Shown: positions 31,524-41,562 of the stretch, piece by piece
Position numbering within the stretch: the first letter of the stretch is position 1
How the letters are laid out: each line of letters opens with the position of its first letter
From: Candidatus Poribacteria bacterium
GTDB lineage: Bacteria; Poribacteria; WGA-4E; WGA-3G
Reading direction: 5' to 3'
NCBI GenBank assembly: GCA_963663765.2
Contig: CAXXUA010000013.1
Span: 1 to 64,000 of the forward strand
DNA length: 64,000 nucleotides
Notes under the pieces: generated by a model
Databases searched by the model: none
Seen by the model: the letters and a program-made list of their open reading frames with translations, nothing else
What the model was told of the DNA's origin: nothing
Position numbers and translations under genes: made by a program

Positions 31524-31819
31524 CAATACCTTCGCCATTTTTGAGTGCTTCAGTTGAATGAGTATATAGTGTTGATCTACCATTGCTCTGTGATATTGTT
31601 AGGATTACATAAATAAAAATAACTTCAGGTTTTCGTTGTAGTATTTTTAATTATCATAGCGTCTAATTTGACAATAGAAATGACTATATCAGCGATCTGA
31701 CAGAATAATTTATATGCACAATCTGGCAGAATGTGCTACAACAGCCCGCACAATCTGGCAGAATGTGCTACAACAGCCCGCACAATCTGGAAGAATGTCT
31801 ATAATTGGCGAAGGTATTG
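31524..31819. mobile_element. MITE with TIR CAATACCTTCGCCA (copy 1), containing a 2.6 x 32-bp internal repeat
   Basis: 14-bp TIRs; ~180 bp near-identical to 50525-50700; gcacaatctggcagaatgtgctacaacagccc at 31716, 31748 and partially at 31780. Confidence 0.85.
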
Positions 31820-31849
31820 TTTATTCTAATCCTATTCATTAATAGATTT

Positions 31850-32785
31850 ATGACAACAAAAAAGTTCCTTTATCTTGTTGCAATTCCTTTTCAATTAGAC
31901 GAATTAGCTTCAGCAGAATCCATGTCATTGACAGGTGCTACGCCAAACGAATACGGTATCACGCTTTCTAACACATGTGTTGATACGCATAGAGGCGCGT
32001 TTTTAAAAAGTTGTTCGGAAATATATTTAGAAACAACAAGTATTACAGAACTCTTCAAGTACATTAAAGCCGCTAACTTACATGCAGATGCGTTTCGAGT
32101 TTCAGTTGTAAAAAAACCTCGTAGCCTTAAAATTGACTCCATGGATTTGGCGCACAAGATTGGTAGTATGATAGCTGGCAAACCGAATTTATCCGAACCG
32201 CAAACGGTATTCTTAACCGTGATTACTACCGAAAAAATCTGGTTTGGCAGACTTCTTTCTGAAGCAGACGGTAAGTGGGTTGAATATAACCAAAGACCCC
32301 ATGTAACTTCCAGTTCACTACCCGCAAGGTTAGCGCTGGCACTTGTGAATATAATCTCATCACCAGGTGAACACCTGCTTGACCCGTGCTGTGGAACTGG
32401 AACGATTGTCATGTCAGCAGCTCAATACGGTATGAAAGCAAGCGGATCTGATATCAACCCGCGAATGGTAGGCGCTACAACAAAAAACCTTTCACATTTT
32501 GGACTTCATGCCGATGTTCAATTAAAAGATGCACGTGAGATCCAAAATACATTTGACGCAATCGCTACAGACCTACCTTACGGTCTCAGCCTCGTAAAGG
32601 ATTCAGACGCAACTTACGACATACTTGCTAATCTACGTACATGCGCTCCTAAAGCCGCTTTCATTGATATTCGTGACATAAGCCAACAACTTACGGACAT
32701 AGGGTATAGAGTTGAAACAATTATTCCTGTCCCAAAATTACAACTTATTCGTCGCGTCTTTATAACCTCTAACGCTGATCAATAA
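31850..32785 (+). CDS. SAM-dependent RNA methyltransferase (Trm11/UPF0020-like)
   Basis: SSLPARLALALVN, LLDPCCGTGT, GSDIN, ATDLPYG. Confidence 0.82.
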   Translation: MTTKKFLYLVAIPFQLDELASAESMSLTGATPNEYGITLSNTCVDTHRGAFLKSCSEIYLETTSITELFKYIKAANLHADAFRVSVVKKPRSLKIDSMDLAHKIGSMIAGKPNLSEPQTVFLTVITTEKIWFGRLLSEADGKWVEYNQRPHVTSSSLPARLALALVNIISSPGEHLLDPCCGTGTIVMSAAQYGMKASGSDINPRMVGATTKNLSHFGLHADVQLKDAREIQNTFDAIATDLPYGLSLVKDSDATYDILANLRTCAPKAAFIDIRDISQQLTDIGYRVETIIPVPKLQLIRRVFITSNADQ

Positions 32786-33210
32786 TCATCAATGTCTTCA
32801 AAAAAATCTGTTTCTGGTAAGTACTCACCCTCATCTAGTTCATCTTCCTCATAATCTTCGTATTCTTCAAGTGTCATTAACGATTCCAATTCGCTTAGGT
32901 TGTCAATATAAATTTTGCAAATCCAACCATCCCCTTCTGGTAGACTATTTATTATATCAATATCATCTTCAAGTACTGGGTTGACTTCGTATATTTCTCC
33001 TGCTACAGGTGCATAGAGGTAGAAATTACTCCCGGCTTCAGTTTCAATCCTGCCAATAATCTCACCTTGTTCACAATCTTGTTCAGGTGAAATATCAATG
33101 TAAATAATCTCTCCATGTATGTGTTGGGCGCGCTCTGTAATGCCGATGGTTCCATCTGAGTCAACAACTTCAATCCATTCATGTGTTGTTGTATATTTTA
33201 CTTTACTCAA
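32779..33210 (-). CDS. Glycine cleavage H-protein-like paralogue lacking the lipoyl lysine
   Basis: YTTTHEW, GIT, APVAGEI-x-EVN, IN-x-x-P-x-GDGWI; IETEAGS replaces the ESVK motif; TTG start with ggagg RBS. Confidence 0.8.
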   Translation of the reverse strand: MSKVKYTTTHEWIEVVDSDGTIGITERAQHIHGEIIYIDISPEQDCEQGEIIGRIETEAGSNFYLYAPVAGEIYEVNPVLEDDIDIINSLPEGDGWICKIYIDNLSELESLMTLEEYEDYEEDELDEGEYLPETDFFEDIDDY

Positions 33211-33237
33211 CGTGCATACCTCCAACAAGTATTTTCA

Positions 33238-33840
33238 TCAATGTATTTCGTTTATTGTAATTCCAATGCTTTGAAGCTGTGCTTGGAAAGTTTCCAATTC
33301 ATTTGTCTGAATTTGTATATTAATGAGTGGGTTTGGGTTATATTCTATGTTGTTTATTTTACCTCCTAAACGTATACAGAGTGAAACTACTCTGCCAATC
33401 TGATGATAAGATGTACTAATCTTGAGGTTGTTGTAATTCAAAAGTTTCTTAACTGAAGCATTCTCAAGACAGGACCGAGCACATGCACCGTAAGCCCTAA
33501 TCAATCCTCCTATACCGAGGTTGATTCCCCCATAGTACCGTGCAACCACTAAGATTGTATTAGATAGACCTTTATTGCGAATCGCTGCAAGAATTGGAGG
33601 TCCTGCAGAATTCTTCGGTTCACCCGCATCAGAAGCATATTCCGTTGTTTCAACACCACCACCGAGAGTATACGCATAACAGTAGTGTGTGGCTTGCCGA
33701 ACTCGTGCTTGAACATCAGCAACAAACAACTTAACTTCTGTGAGGGCACCAATAGCTGTAGCTTCGGCAATAAACCTTGACTTCTTCACTACATGTTTAG
33801 CAGAAGCAATTCCAACAATGGTTCTGTTTTCTCCTGACAT
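33238..33840 (-). CDS. YigZ/IMPACT family protein
   Basis: KKSRFIA, ATHYCYAY, SDAGEP, RYYGGINLGIGGLIRAY. Confidence 0.9.
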   Translation of the reverse strand: MSGENRTIVGIASAKHVVKKSRFIAEATAIGALTEVKLFVADVQARVRQATHYCYAYTLGGGVETTEYASDAGEPKNSAGPPILAAIRNKGLSNTILVVARYYGGINLGIGGLIRAYGACARSCLENASVKKLLNYNNLKISTSYHQIGRVVSLCIRLGGKINNIEYNPNPLINIQIQTNELETFQAQLQSIGITINEIH

Positions 33841-33865
33841 AATAAGCAGATGATCAGTAACCCCG

Positions 33866-33892
33866 ATTTACCGGACACGTGATCCGGTAAAT
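33866..33892. terminator. 10-bp stem hairpin between the PorV-like gene and the yigZ-family gene
   Basis: atttaccgga-cacgtga-tccggtaaat. Confidence 0.35.
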
Positions 33893-33948
33893 TTAGACAA
33901 AATTGCATTTATGAGATACACTGAAAATAAATTAGATAGTTTTGACCT

Positions 33949-35091
33949 TTAAAATGTCTGTCCAATTGAGAAGGTGTATACAGATGCACCTTGAACAATA
34001 TGTAACCGTTCATCAGTTCCTACAGTTGGTGTGTATTGCGGCGTATATGCTGTATTAAGTGTCCAGTTCCCGATACGTACACCTAATCCCAAACAGATAC
34101 CTTCTGCTTTCCATATTCGTTCCTCCATTTCAACGGACGTATTTTCCAAAAGAGAAACTGACGCATAACGACTATCTGTGTCCCTAATGTAACCTATTCG
34201 TAAACCAAAACGAGTAAGATACCAGATTTCAGTTCCAACGTTGGTTCGTATACCATTATTAAATGGTGGATGAATATCAAAACTAAGACTCAACGAGGCG
34301 TTTGAAAAATCATGTTTATAGACACAACCGGCACTGATACTCCGTTGGATTCTGTCAGGTATAATCGGATCAATAAATGACAGACCATTACTTAAACTAT
34401 GTGCAACTACGCCAAACTGAAAACGTCCTCCAATCCGTTGAATGAGACCAACATTGTAGGCATAACCGCGGCCAAAATGTTCAAAACCAGACTCATCAGT
34501 TATCTTGGAACGTAACCACTTCACATCAAATCCAATATAGGTGTTATCAATGAATTTTATACCATAACTTGCTCCAGCTGCAAGGTTATTTTCTGGATAA
34601 TTGTTGAGTGCTTTTCCTTCGTGATTGACACGACGAAAAGTACCTTCATGTGATGTCGAAATGGATATTCCCAAAGTACCGAACTTACCTATCGGAAATG
34701 CACAATTCAATGTTTCTATACCAGAAGCAAGTTCTTCATACTGACTATAGTCCTCATAGTTGTCATCATAATTTTGTTTGGATAGAAGTGCAATCGTCCG
34801 CGGGAAGCGAACCATGTGAATTGAAAATCTATTCCCTGAATCCATGGATATACCCGCAGGATTGTTACCCAAAGCATCAGCTCCATCGGTTAACCCCACA
34901 AAACTACCACCCATACCACGATACTCAGCACCAAATAGTTGTTTCAAGAATATATCAGCTTTAGCATTTGCAGCCGTTTCTGATGCGAATCCAACTGGAA
35001 CCACAGCAAAACAAATTATGCAAAATCCCAATAATAACAAACTACCGAAACGATGTCTATAGAGTACCATAAGACTTAGTAAATTTAACAT
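33949..35091 (-). CDS. Outer-membrane beta-barrel, PorV/PorQ (FadL-like) family
   Basis: Signal peptide; GA-x-x-RGMGG-x-FVG-x-x-D-x-x-x-A-x-x-x-NPAG; alternating beta strands; C-terminal F. Confidence 0.75.
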   Translation of the reverse strand: MLNLLSLMVLYRHRFGSLLLLGFCIICFAVVPVGFASETAANAKADIFLKQLFGAEYRGMGGSFVGLTDGADALGNNPAGISMDSGNRFSIHMVRFPRTIALLSKQNYDDNYEDYSQYEELASGIETLNCAFPIGKFGTLGISISTSHEGTFRRVNHEGKALNNYPENNLAAGASYGIKFIDNTYIGFDVKWLRSKITDESGFEHFGRGYAYNVGLIQRIGGRFQFGVVAHSLSNGLSFIDPIIPDRIQRSISAGCVYKHDFSNASLSLSFDIHPPFNNGIRTNVGTEIWYLTRFGLRIGYIRDTDSRYASVSLLENTSVEMEERIWKAEGICLGLGVRIGNWTLNTAYTPQYTPTVGTDERLHIVQGASVYTFSIGQTF

Positions 35092-35149
35092 TTCGTATTT
35101 TTTCTATTTGCTAACGTTATTTAGTTATACTAATATTTTGATTTTTTGA

Positions 35150-35505
35150 AAAATCAGTCCGCGGTAGGAGCGACCTCCCGGTCGCGATTATCTCACAAAA
35201 TAGTTATTCTAATATTTTGATACTTAAAATCAGTCCGCGGTAGGAGCGACCTCCCGGTCGCGATTATCTTACAAAATAGTTATTCTAATATTTTGATACT
35301 TAAAATCAGTCCGCGGTAGGAGCGACCTCCCGGTCGCGATTATCTCACAAAATAGTTATTCTAATATTTTGATACTTAAAATCAGTCCGCGGTAGGAGCG
35401 ACCTCCCGGTCGCGATTATCTCACAAAATAGTTATTCTAATATTTTGATACTTAAAATCAGTCCGCGGTAGGAGCGACCTCCCGGTCGCGATTATCTTAC
35501 AAAAT
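35150..35505. repeat. Tandem array of 5 x 76-bp units, each with one REP
   Basis: aaatcagtccgcggtaggagcgacctcccggtcgcgattatct.. starts at 35151, 35227, 35303, 35379 and 35455; enclosed by degenerate ISAs1-like TIRs (35112-35128 and 35520-35536). Confidence 0.95.
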
Positions 35506-35563
35506 TGTAATAAATGATCAAAACTAAATAACCATGATTATTTGTAGAAAAGTAATCTGTAGC

Positions 35564-35956
35564 TTATTCTGAACAAAGAGTTACTTGTGCGACTGCATAA
35601 TTCACCGAGTGTGATAGACTGACAAATGTTGCAACAACACCAAGTTCTACGGCATATTCCTTAACTTTACCATGTAAATCTATAGACGGCTTACCGACAC
35701 TATTTGAACATATTTCTACATCTTGCCAATTCATCCCTGTCGTTAACCCAGTTCCAAGTGCTTTCAATGTTGCCTCTTTAGCAGCAAACCGTGCTGCAAG
35801 TCGAGCATAACGCGTTGGTGTGATTCCACAATAGTCAAGTTCTCTTAGCGTAAAAACGCGATGCTCAAACCGCTTTCCCCATTTAATAGAAAGTTGTCTA
35901 ATTCGTTCAACTTCAATAATATCAATGCCGATCCCATATATTCTTTGTTGAAACAT
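35564..35956 (-). CDS. acpS: Holo-[acyl-carrier-protein] synthase
   Basis: GIGIDI, ARFAAKEA-x-x-KALGTG, SLSH. Confidence 0.95.
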   Translation of the reverse strand: MFQQRIYGIGIDIIEVERIRQLSIKWGKRFEHRVFTLRELDYCGITPTRYARLAARFAAKEATLKALGTGLTTGMNWQDVEICSNSVGKPSIDLHGKVKEYAVELGVVATFVSLSHSVNYAVAQVTLCSE

Positions 35957-35979
35957 CTATTAATATAATTTTATTTATT

Positions 35980-36807
35980 TTATCGGTATAGTACATCTGT
36001 TATTCGCGCTACACGTATTGTTGCCTGGACATCATGAACACGAACAATATCAGCCCCATGTGCTATTGCCCAGCACACCGTTGCAAGAGTACCTTCAAGC
36101 CTTTCAGTTACAGGTAAATCTAACAATTTGCCAATAAAGGATTTTCTGGATGTTCCGATTAGAACTGGTTTGTTAAGTTGTTTAAATACTTCAAGGTGCT
36201 TTAATATCTCTAAGTTCTGATTGATCGTTTTGCCAAACCCTAATCCAGGGTCAATAATAATACTGTCTGGGTCAATATCGTTTTCTGTAGCAAAAAAAAT
36301 CCATCTTTCCAATGAATCACAAACATCCTTGACAACATTATCGTACTTCGGGGAACGTTGCATTGTTTCGGGTGTTCCCTGCATGTGCATCAAGATTACA
36401 CCAGCATCCATTTCAGCTGCAACATTTACCATCGCAGAATCACCGCGTAAAGCAGTAATATCGTTAATGATGTGTGCCCCTGCTTCAAGCGCTTTTCTTG
36501 CAACTACAGCTTTTGTGGTATCTACTGAGTATAATACGTCCAATTGCTCAGAAATAAGTGCTTTAATCACAGGTATTACTCGGTTGATTTCTACATCTGT
36601 AGGTACAGGGTCAGCACCAGGACGTGAAGATTCACCCCCAATGTCAACAATAGTTGCACCTTCTACGACCATTGTCTTGGCATGCAACACAGCAGAATCA
36701 ATATCTAAGTAAGTTCCACCATCCGAAAATGAATCTGGGGTAACGTTTAGAACACCCATGATATGAGTGTGTTCACCAAAAATAAGTTCTTTGCCTCGGC
36801 AGTTCAT
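35980..36807 (-). CDS. folP: Dihydropteroate synthase
   Basis: [40 protein letters not shown]. Confidence 0.97.
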   Translation of the reverse strand: MNCRGKELIFGEHTHIMGVLNVTPDSFSDGGTYLDIDSAVLHAKTMVVEGATIVDIGGESSRPGADPVPTDVEINRVIPVIKALISEQLDVLYSVDTTKAVVARKALEAGAHIINDITALRGDSAMVNVAAEMDAGVILMHMQGTPETMQRSPKYDNVVKDVCDSLERWIFFATENDIDPDSIIIDPGLGFGKTINQNLEILKHLEVFKQLNKPVLIGTSRKSFIGKLLDLPVTERLEGTLATVCWAIAHGADIVRVHDVQATIRVARITDVLYR

Positions 36808-38738
36808 GTAATAGGTTTTGATGGTAACTGCGGTCTGGGACCGAGGATTTCTTCTATCTCTTCAGTGATAAGGGTCTCTCGTTCTAACAATGCATCAGCA
36901 AGAAGTTTTAATCCATCAAGGTTGGTTTCTATGATTTTTCTCGCCTTTTCATAACACTCCATAACGATGTCATAAACTGCTTTGTCAATTGAAATAGCTG
37001 TCTCCTCGCTGTAGTCTTGGTGAACTGCTAATTCTTTACCGAGAAAGATCTGTTCATCCCTTCTACCGAAAGTCAAAGGTCCTAATGGACTCATGCCCCA
37101 TTGAGTCACCATCCTACGTGCCAATTGTGTAGCTTGTTCAAAATCATTCTGCGCACCGGTAGTCTGCTCATCAAAAATGATCTCTTCAGCAACACGTCCA
37201 CCTAACGCAAAAATGATATGCGCAAGGAGACCTTTTCTGTTCAGATTGTGACGCTCTTCAAGAGGGAGTTTTGCAGTTACACCCAATGCTCTACCACGAG
37301 GAACGATAGTACATTTGTAGTTTGGATCACTTTCGGGAACAAAATGTAACATCAGCGCATGTCCAGCTTCATGATAGGCAGTGATACGTCTTTCTTCTTC
37401 ACTAATAACCAGACTCCGCCGCTCCGGTCCCATCAGAACTCGGTCTTTCGCCTCATCAAAGCATCTCATATCAATATTTTCTTTGTCCTCTCTTGCTGCA
37501 AGCAATGCGGCTTCGTTTGCCATATTCTTCAAGTCAGCACCTGAAAAACCGGGAGTTGCTTTCGCTAAGATCTCTAAATTTACATCTTCAGAAAGTTTGT
37601 AAGGTTCTTTCGTATGCACGCCAAGAATGGCTTCTCTCCCACGCACATCTGGTAAATCTACAATAACTTGTCTATCAAATCTTCCGGGACGAAGTAAGGC
37701 AGGATCAAGAACATCGGGACGGTTTGTCGCTGCAATTAAAATAACACTTTCAGATTCCTCAAAACCTTGCATTTGTACAAGCAATGCATTTAATGTCTGT
37801 TCCCTTTCATCATGACCGCCACCAATACCCGCTCCACGGTGACGACCTACAGCGTCAAGTTCATCTATAAATATAATACAAGGGGCGTTTTTCTTACCCG
37901 TTTCAAAAAGATCACGAACACGGGATGCACCAACACCGACAAACATTTCTACAAAGTCTGAACCACTGATAGTATAAAACGGTACATCTGCTTCACCCGC
38001 AACTGCCCTCGCAAGCATCGTTTTTCCCGTACCTGGCGGTCCAACTAACAAAACACCTTTCGGAATAGTACCACCCAGTCGCTCATACTTTTTCGGAGCT
38101 TTCAGGAATTCAATCACCTCTTCAAGAGCATCTTTTGCTTCATCCACTCCCGCGACATCATCAAATGTTATAGGTTTATCATTTTCCGTATGCAACCTCG
38201 CTTTGCTCTTACCAAAAGAAAGCGCACGATTCCCACTCCCTTGCATCTGACGTGACAAGAATATCATCAAACCCAGAAATATCATCAACGGTACGACTGT
38301 AGTACCGATAACAAGCAACCAGTCAGGAAAACCGGATGGCGTTTTTACAGTATAACCTATCCCTTTCAGATCCAACTTTTCTTGATAATTGTAATCTTCA
38401 ATTGTATCCCGACTTGTTTTAAATAAGCCTTTCCAATCTTTAGAAATCGGTATTTGTCTCACTTCAAAGTCTCGAAATACATGTCCTAAGAAATTTGGAT
38501 GAAACTTCCCTTCTATCCATTCGTCATCAAGAAGCAGATAACCTTCAAAGTAAGGATTTTCTTCTTCAATTTTAATATCTTCTTTATCATCAATTTGATT
38601 GATGTAATAATGAAAATCGTATGTTGCTAATTCAATAACTTGGTCATTTCGATTAATAAGTTGATAGATAGCGACAACAACCACCAAACCCAAAATAAAC
38701 CAAACGAACATGTTTTTAGTGTTCTTGTTCAAAACCAA
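36804..38738 (-). CDS. ftsH: ATP-dependent zinc metalloprotease FtsH
   Basis: Two TMs, [11 protein letters not shown] motif [15 protein letters not shown]. Confidence 0.97.
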   Translation of the reverse strand: MVLNKNTKNMFVWFILGLVVVVAIYQLINRNDQVIELATYDFHYYINQIDDKEDIKIEEENPYFEGYLLLDDEWIEGKFHPNFLGHVFRDFEVRQIPISKDWKGLFKTSRDTIEDYNYQEKLDLKGIGYTVKTPSGFPDWLLVIGTTVVPLMIFLGLMIFLSRQMQGSGNRALSFGKSKARLHTENDKPITFDDVAGVDEAKDALEEVIEFLKAPKKYERLGGTIPKGVLLVGPPGTGKTMLARAVAGEADVPFYTISGSDFVEMFVGVGASRVRDLFETGKKNAPCIIFIDELDAVGRHRGAGIGGGHDEREQTLNALLVQMQGFEESESVILIAATNRPDVLDPALLRPGRFDRQVIVDLPDVRGREAILGVHTKEPYKLSEDVNLEILAKATPGFSGADLKNMANEAALLAAREDKENIDMRCFDEAKDRVLMGPERRSLVISEEERRITAYHEAGHALMLHFVPESDPNYKCTIVPRGRALGVTAKLPLEERHNLNRKGLLAHIIFALGGRVAEEIIFDEQTTGAQNDFEQATQLARRMVTQWGMSPLGPLTFGRRDEQIFLGKELAVHQDYSEETAISIDKAVYDIVMECYEKARKIIETNLDGLKLLADALLERETLITEEIEEILGPRPQLPSKPIT

Positions 38739-39267
38739 TCGCCTCGTATTTTAACGTCATTAATTATTTGCATAAACAACTATGCAGCAGACTATGGCGC
38801 GCATCAAAGAATGACATTCAATCTTGAGTCCACACAACCTAATAGATACGCTAAATTTTTGATGTAGTGTCTGTTATAGTAAAATATGTATATGATATTT
38901 TCTGAAAGAATTATAACATACTTTTTACTTAATGGCAACTGAAAATAGAATTTACTCTCAAAAACCTAACCACAATAAGTATATTATGAAGAAGTAAACT
39001 CAAATTGTTACATGGAAGAACATCGTAAATCTTTGAACATGATTTTAAAGATTTATTCAATATTTCCAATTATTCTGTAGAAAAACAATAAAGTATATTT
39101 TAATTTGGCAATAGATAATTTTATACTATAGTTTCCTTGTTTTTGTCCAATGAATACATATTTTCATTATTTACTTTAGAGTGTCTGAAAGTAGGAATAA
39201 TATACCATTGAACATCTAAAAAGGTTATACTAAAAGTATTTAAGCCTTAGACTTTTAGAGGTATACA

Positions 39268-40683
39268 ATGGCAAAAAGAAGTATAGCAAGAAAACGGAGC
39301 AAGCACAATGTAAAAAAATGGGTCGTAACGCCTCAGGCACCGTTGTGTGCTCTCGGAGAGGTGTTGCGTGTTCGTGAGGTATTTCAGCCGATCCATGACC
39401 GCGTGAGCATTCCGCAGAAAACAGTTGTGTATCGTCCGACAGACAAGTTAGTTTTCGTCGTGTTAGGGATACTATCCGGAGCGGAGACGGTATCTGAAAT
39501 CCAAACCAAAGTTCGCCCGGATCGTGGTTTGTTAGCGGCGTTTGGTTACGAAAGATGTGCGGATGCCTCAGTGATCCAGCAAACATTAGATGCATCAACG
39601 GAGGCGACTGTTGCTTCTCTTGAAGCGACTTTAGCGGAGATGCGTCTCCAGCAAGGTCATAAGCGTCAGGTGTCTCTGGCGTCTCAAGAGGCGATACATG
39701 TGGATATAGACCTCTCTTCCTTGCCGATTAGCAAGCGTGCCGAGGGTTCAGAGAAAGGTTACGTTGCGAAAAAGCCGAACACTTATACCCGTCAGTTGGC
39801 CCGGATGGTCTGTGGAGACACCCAAGAGATATTTACGCAGGGGTTATACTCCGGTAAAACCAACAGTAATACTGTTTTCAAGCCGATGCTTGGTAAACTT
39901 GAGACTGTTTTGACACTTGATACGGTTGAGAAACGGAACCGAGTTCGGATTCGCTTTGATGCTGGATTCGGCACGGATGCCAATATCAATTATGCGTTAT
40001 GGCGCGGATATCAACTGCTTGGGAAGATGTATAACACCCGCCGCATCCAGAAGTTAGTAGGAACCGTGGAGGCGTGGGAGCCTGTTCCGACTTCCAAAGG
40101 CGTAAAGGGTAGAGAAGCGGGATGGGTTAGAGAGCCGCATCGGTATGCAAGACGGACAGTTCAAGTCGCTGTGAGAACACCGAAAAAAGATGGCAGTTGG
40201 AGTTATGCGGTGTTGGTTTCAACCGACACTACCGCTACGCTTGAAGACCTTGTGTGTGAATATGACCTACGCAGTGGGGGGCCGGAGAACTCATTCTGCC
40301 AGGATTATCAAGCACTCTCTTTACGAAAATACCGAAAAGCAGGATTTATCGCACAGCAAGTTTTGCTTCTACTCTTTGAACTCGCTCACAACTTGATGAT
40401 TTGGATGAAAGAGTGGTTCATAGAAGCGGTTGAGACACCTCAAGATGCCTCGGAGAAAACCGAAAACGCACACCGAAAGGCGACAAAGATGCTTGAAGAA
40501 CGAGGACTGAAACGGTTGAGGAGAGACATCTTGGTGATCCCAGGAAAAGTCTGCATCGAAAGAGGTAAGAAGGTCGTTGGCATACGGATCAACCCATTAT
40601 ACCCCTTCGGACAGCAAATCACCACTGCTACCAAGGCACTTTTCGGACAGTATGAGATACTCTTGTTAATGGACAAAATCTAG
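39268..40683 (+). CDS. DDE transposase, probably IS1380-like
   Basis: VDIDLS, RIRFDAGFG, YDLRSGGPENSF pattern; ORF ends inside an IR-like end (ggacaaaatctagg) that resembles 39135-39153. Confidence 0.75.
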   Translation: MAKRSIARKRSKHNVKKWVVTPQAPLCALGEVLRVREVFQPIHDRVSIPQKTVVYRPTDKLVFVVLGILSGAETVSEIQTKVRPDRGLLAAFGYERCADASVIQQTLDASTEATVASLEATLAEMRLQQGHKRQVSLASQEAIHVDIDLSSLPISKRAEGSEKGYVAKKPNTYTRQLARMVCGDTQEIFTQGLYSGKTNSNTVFKPMLGKLETVLTLDTVEKRNRVRIRFDAGFGTDANINYALWRGYQLLGKMYNTRRIQKLVGTVEAWEPVPTSKGVKGREAGWVREPHRYARRTVQVAVRTPKKDGSWSYAVLVSTDTTATLEDLVCEYDLRSGGPENSFCQDYQALSLRKYRKAGFIAQQVLLLLFELAHNLMIWMKEWFIEAVETPQDASEKTENAHRKATKMLEERGLKRLRRDILVIPGKVCIERGKKVVGIRINPLYPFGQQITTATKALFGQYEILLLMDKI

Positions 40684-40684
40684 G

Positions 40685-41215
40685 TAAATACCCATCCCGG
40701 TATGCGTGCTTTGTAAGTGCGCCGATAAACACAGGATTGGCAACGGCGCACTTACAAAGCACGCCTGCGGGGGAGGGCAGTTAGGGGGCCGCGCTTACAA
40801 AGCACGCCTGCAGGTGAGGGCGGGTGAGTACGGGGCGCGCTTACAAAGCACGCCTACCTTGAGTGAGAAAATCGTGGTTTCAAGGTTTCCCTCCAACAAT
40901 AATATGAATCGCTAAGTTGACACCTATGGGTATCGTGATTTGAGACCCATAGGTGTCAACTTAAGAAAAAGTCAAGTGCTAAATACCCCATCCCGGTATG
41001 CGTGCTTTGTAAGTGCGCCGATAAACACAGGATTGGCAACGGCGCGCTTACAAAGCACACCTGCGGGGGAGGGCAGTTAGGGGCCGCGCTTACAAATCAC
41101 GCCTGCAGGTGAGTACGGGGCGCGCTTACAAAGCACGCCTACCTTGAGTGAGAAAATCGTGGTTTCAAGGTTTCCCACCTACAATAATATGAATCGGTAA
41201 GTTGACACCTATGGG
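40685..41215. mobile_element. Two tandem copies of a ~270-bp REP-carrying MITE (TIR CCCATAGGTGTCAACTTA); first copy left-truncated
   Basis: 40685-40930 is nearly identical to 40980-41215; complete copy 40946-41215 has 18-bp TIRs; tatcgt(g/a)atttgaga at 40931-40945 and 41216-41230. Confidence 0.85.
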
Positions 41216-41562
41216 TATCGTAATTTGAGACCTTTCGATCCCTTTTGAAATTAGATAGGGACTGGGATTGATAGCCTCTCATTGATCAACTGGATCCCGA
41301 AATGTTTGGACGAAAACAAGGAAACTATAGTAATAGTAAGCAAAGAAATTTCATTACACATCTCGTGTTGATTGATGCGCGGATGACACGGTACGTGCGG
41401 ATCACGTAGTTTGTGTTTTTGATGTTATCTATCCAAACAATCTAAAGAATGTGTCACAAAGAACCTGCACGTTAAATGACACATCAGGTGCGGTTTCCCG
41501 CTGAATCCGTGTATGGTATTTGTCGGGAAACCGCACCAACTTTTCGCGTGGCATCAAACGTG

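Larger units (their letters stand above)
39125..41331. mobile_element. Composite IS region bounded by 26-bp inverted repeats
   Basis: actatagtttccttgtttttgtccaa (39125-39150) vs ttggacgaaaacaaggaaactatagt (41306-41331), 25/26 match; encloses a transposase and nested MITEs. Confidence 0.75.

Noticed and set aside
31716-31798. 32-bp repeats as a mini-CRISPR or iterons
   Set aside because: They are contiguous copies without spacers inside a MITE, and no rep or cas gene is present.
35150-35505. 76-bp periodic array as CRISPR (repeat + spacer sized)
   Set aside because: The would-be spacers are identical, so it is a pure tandem repeat.
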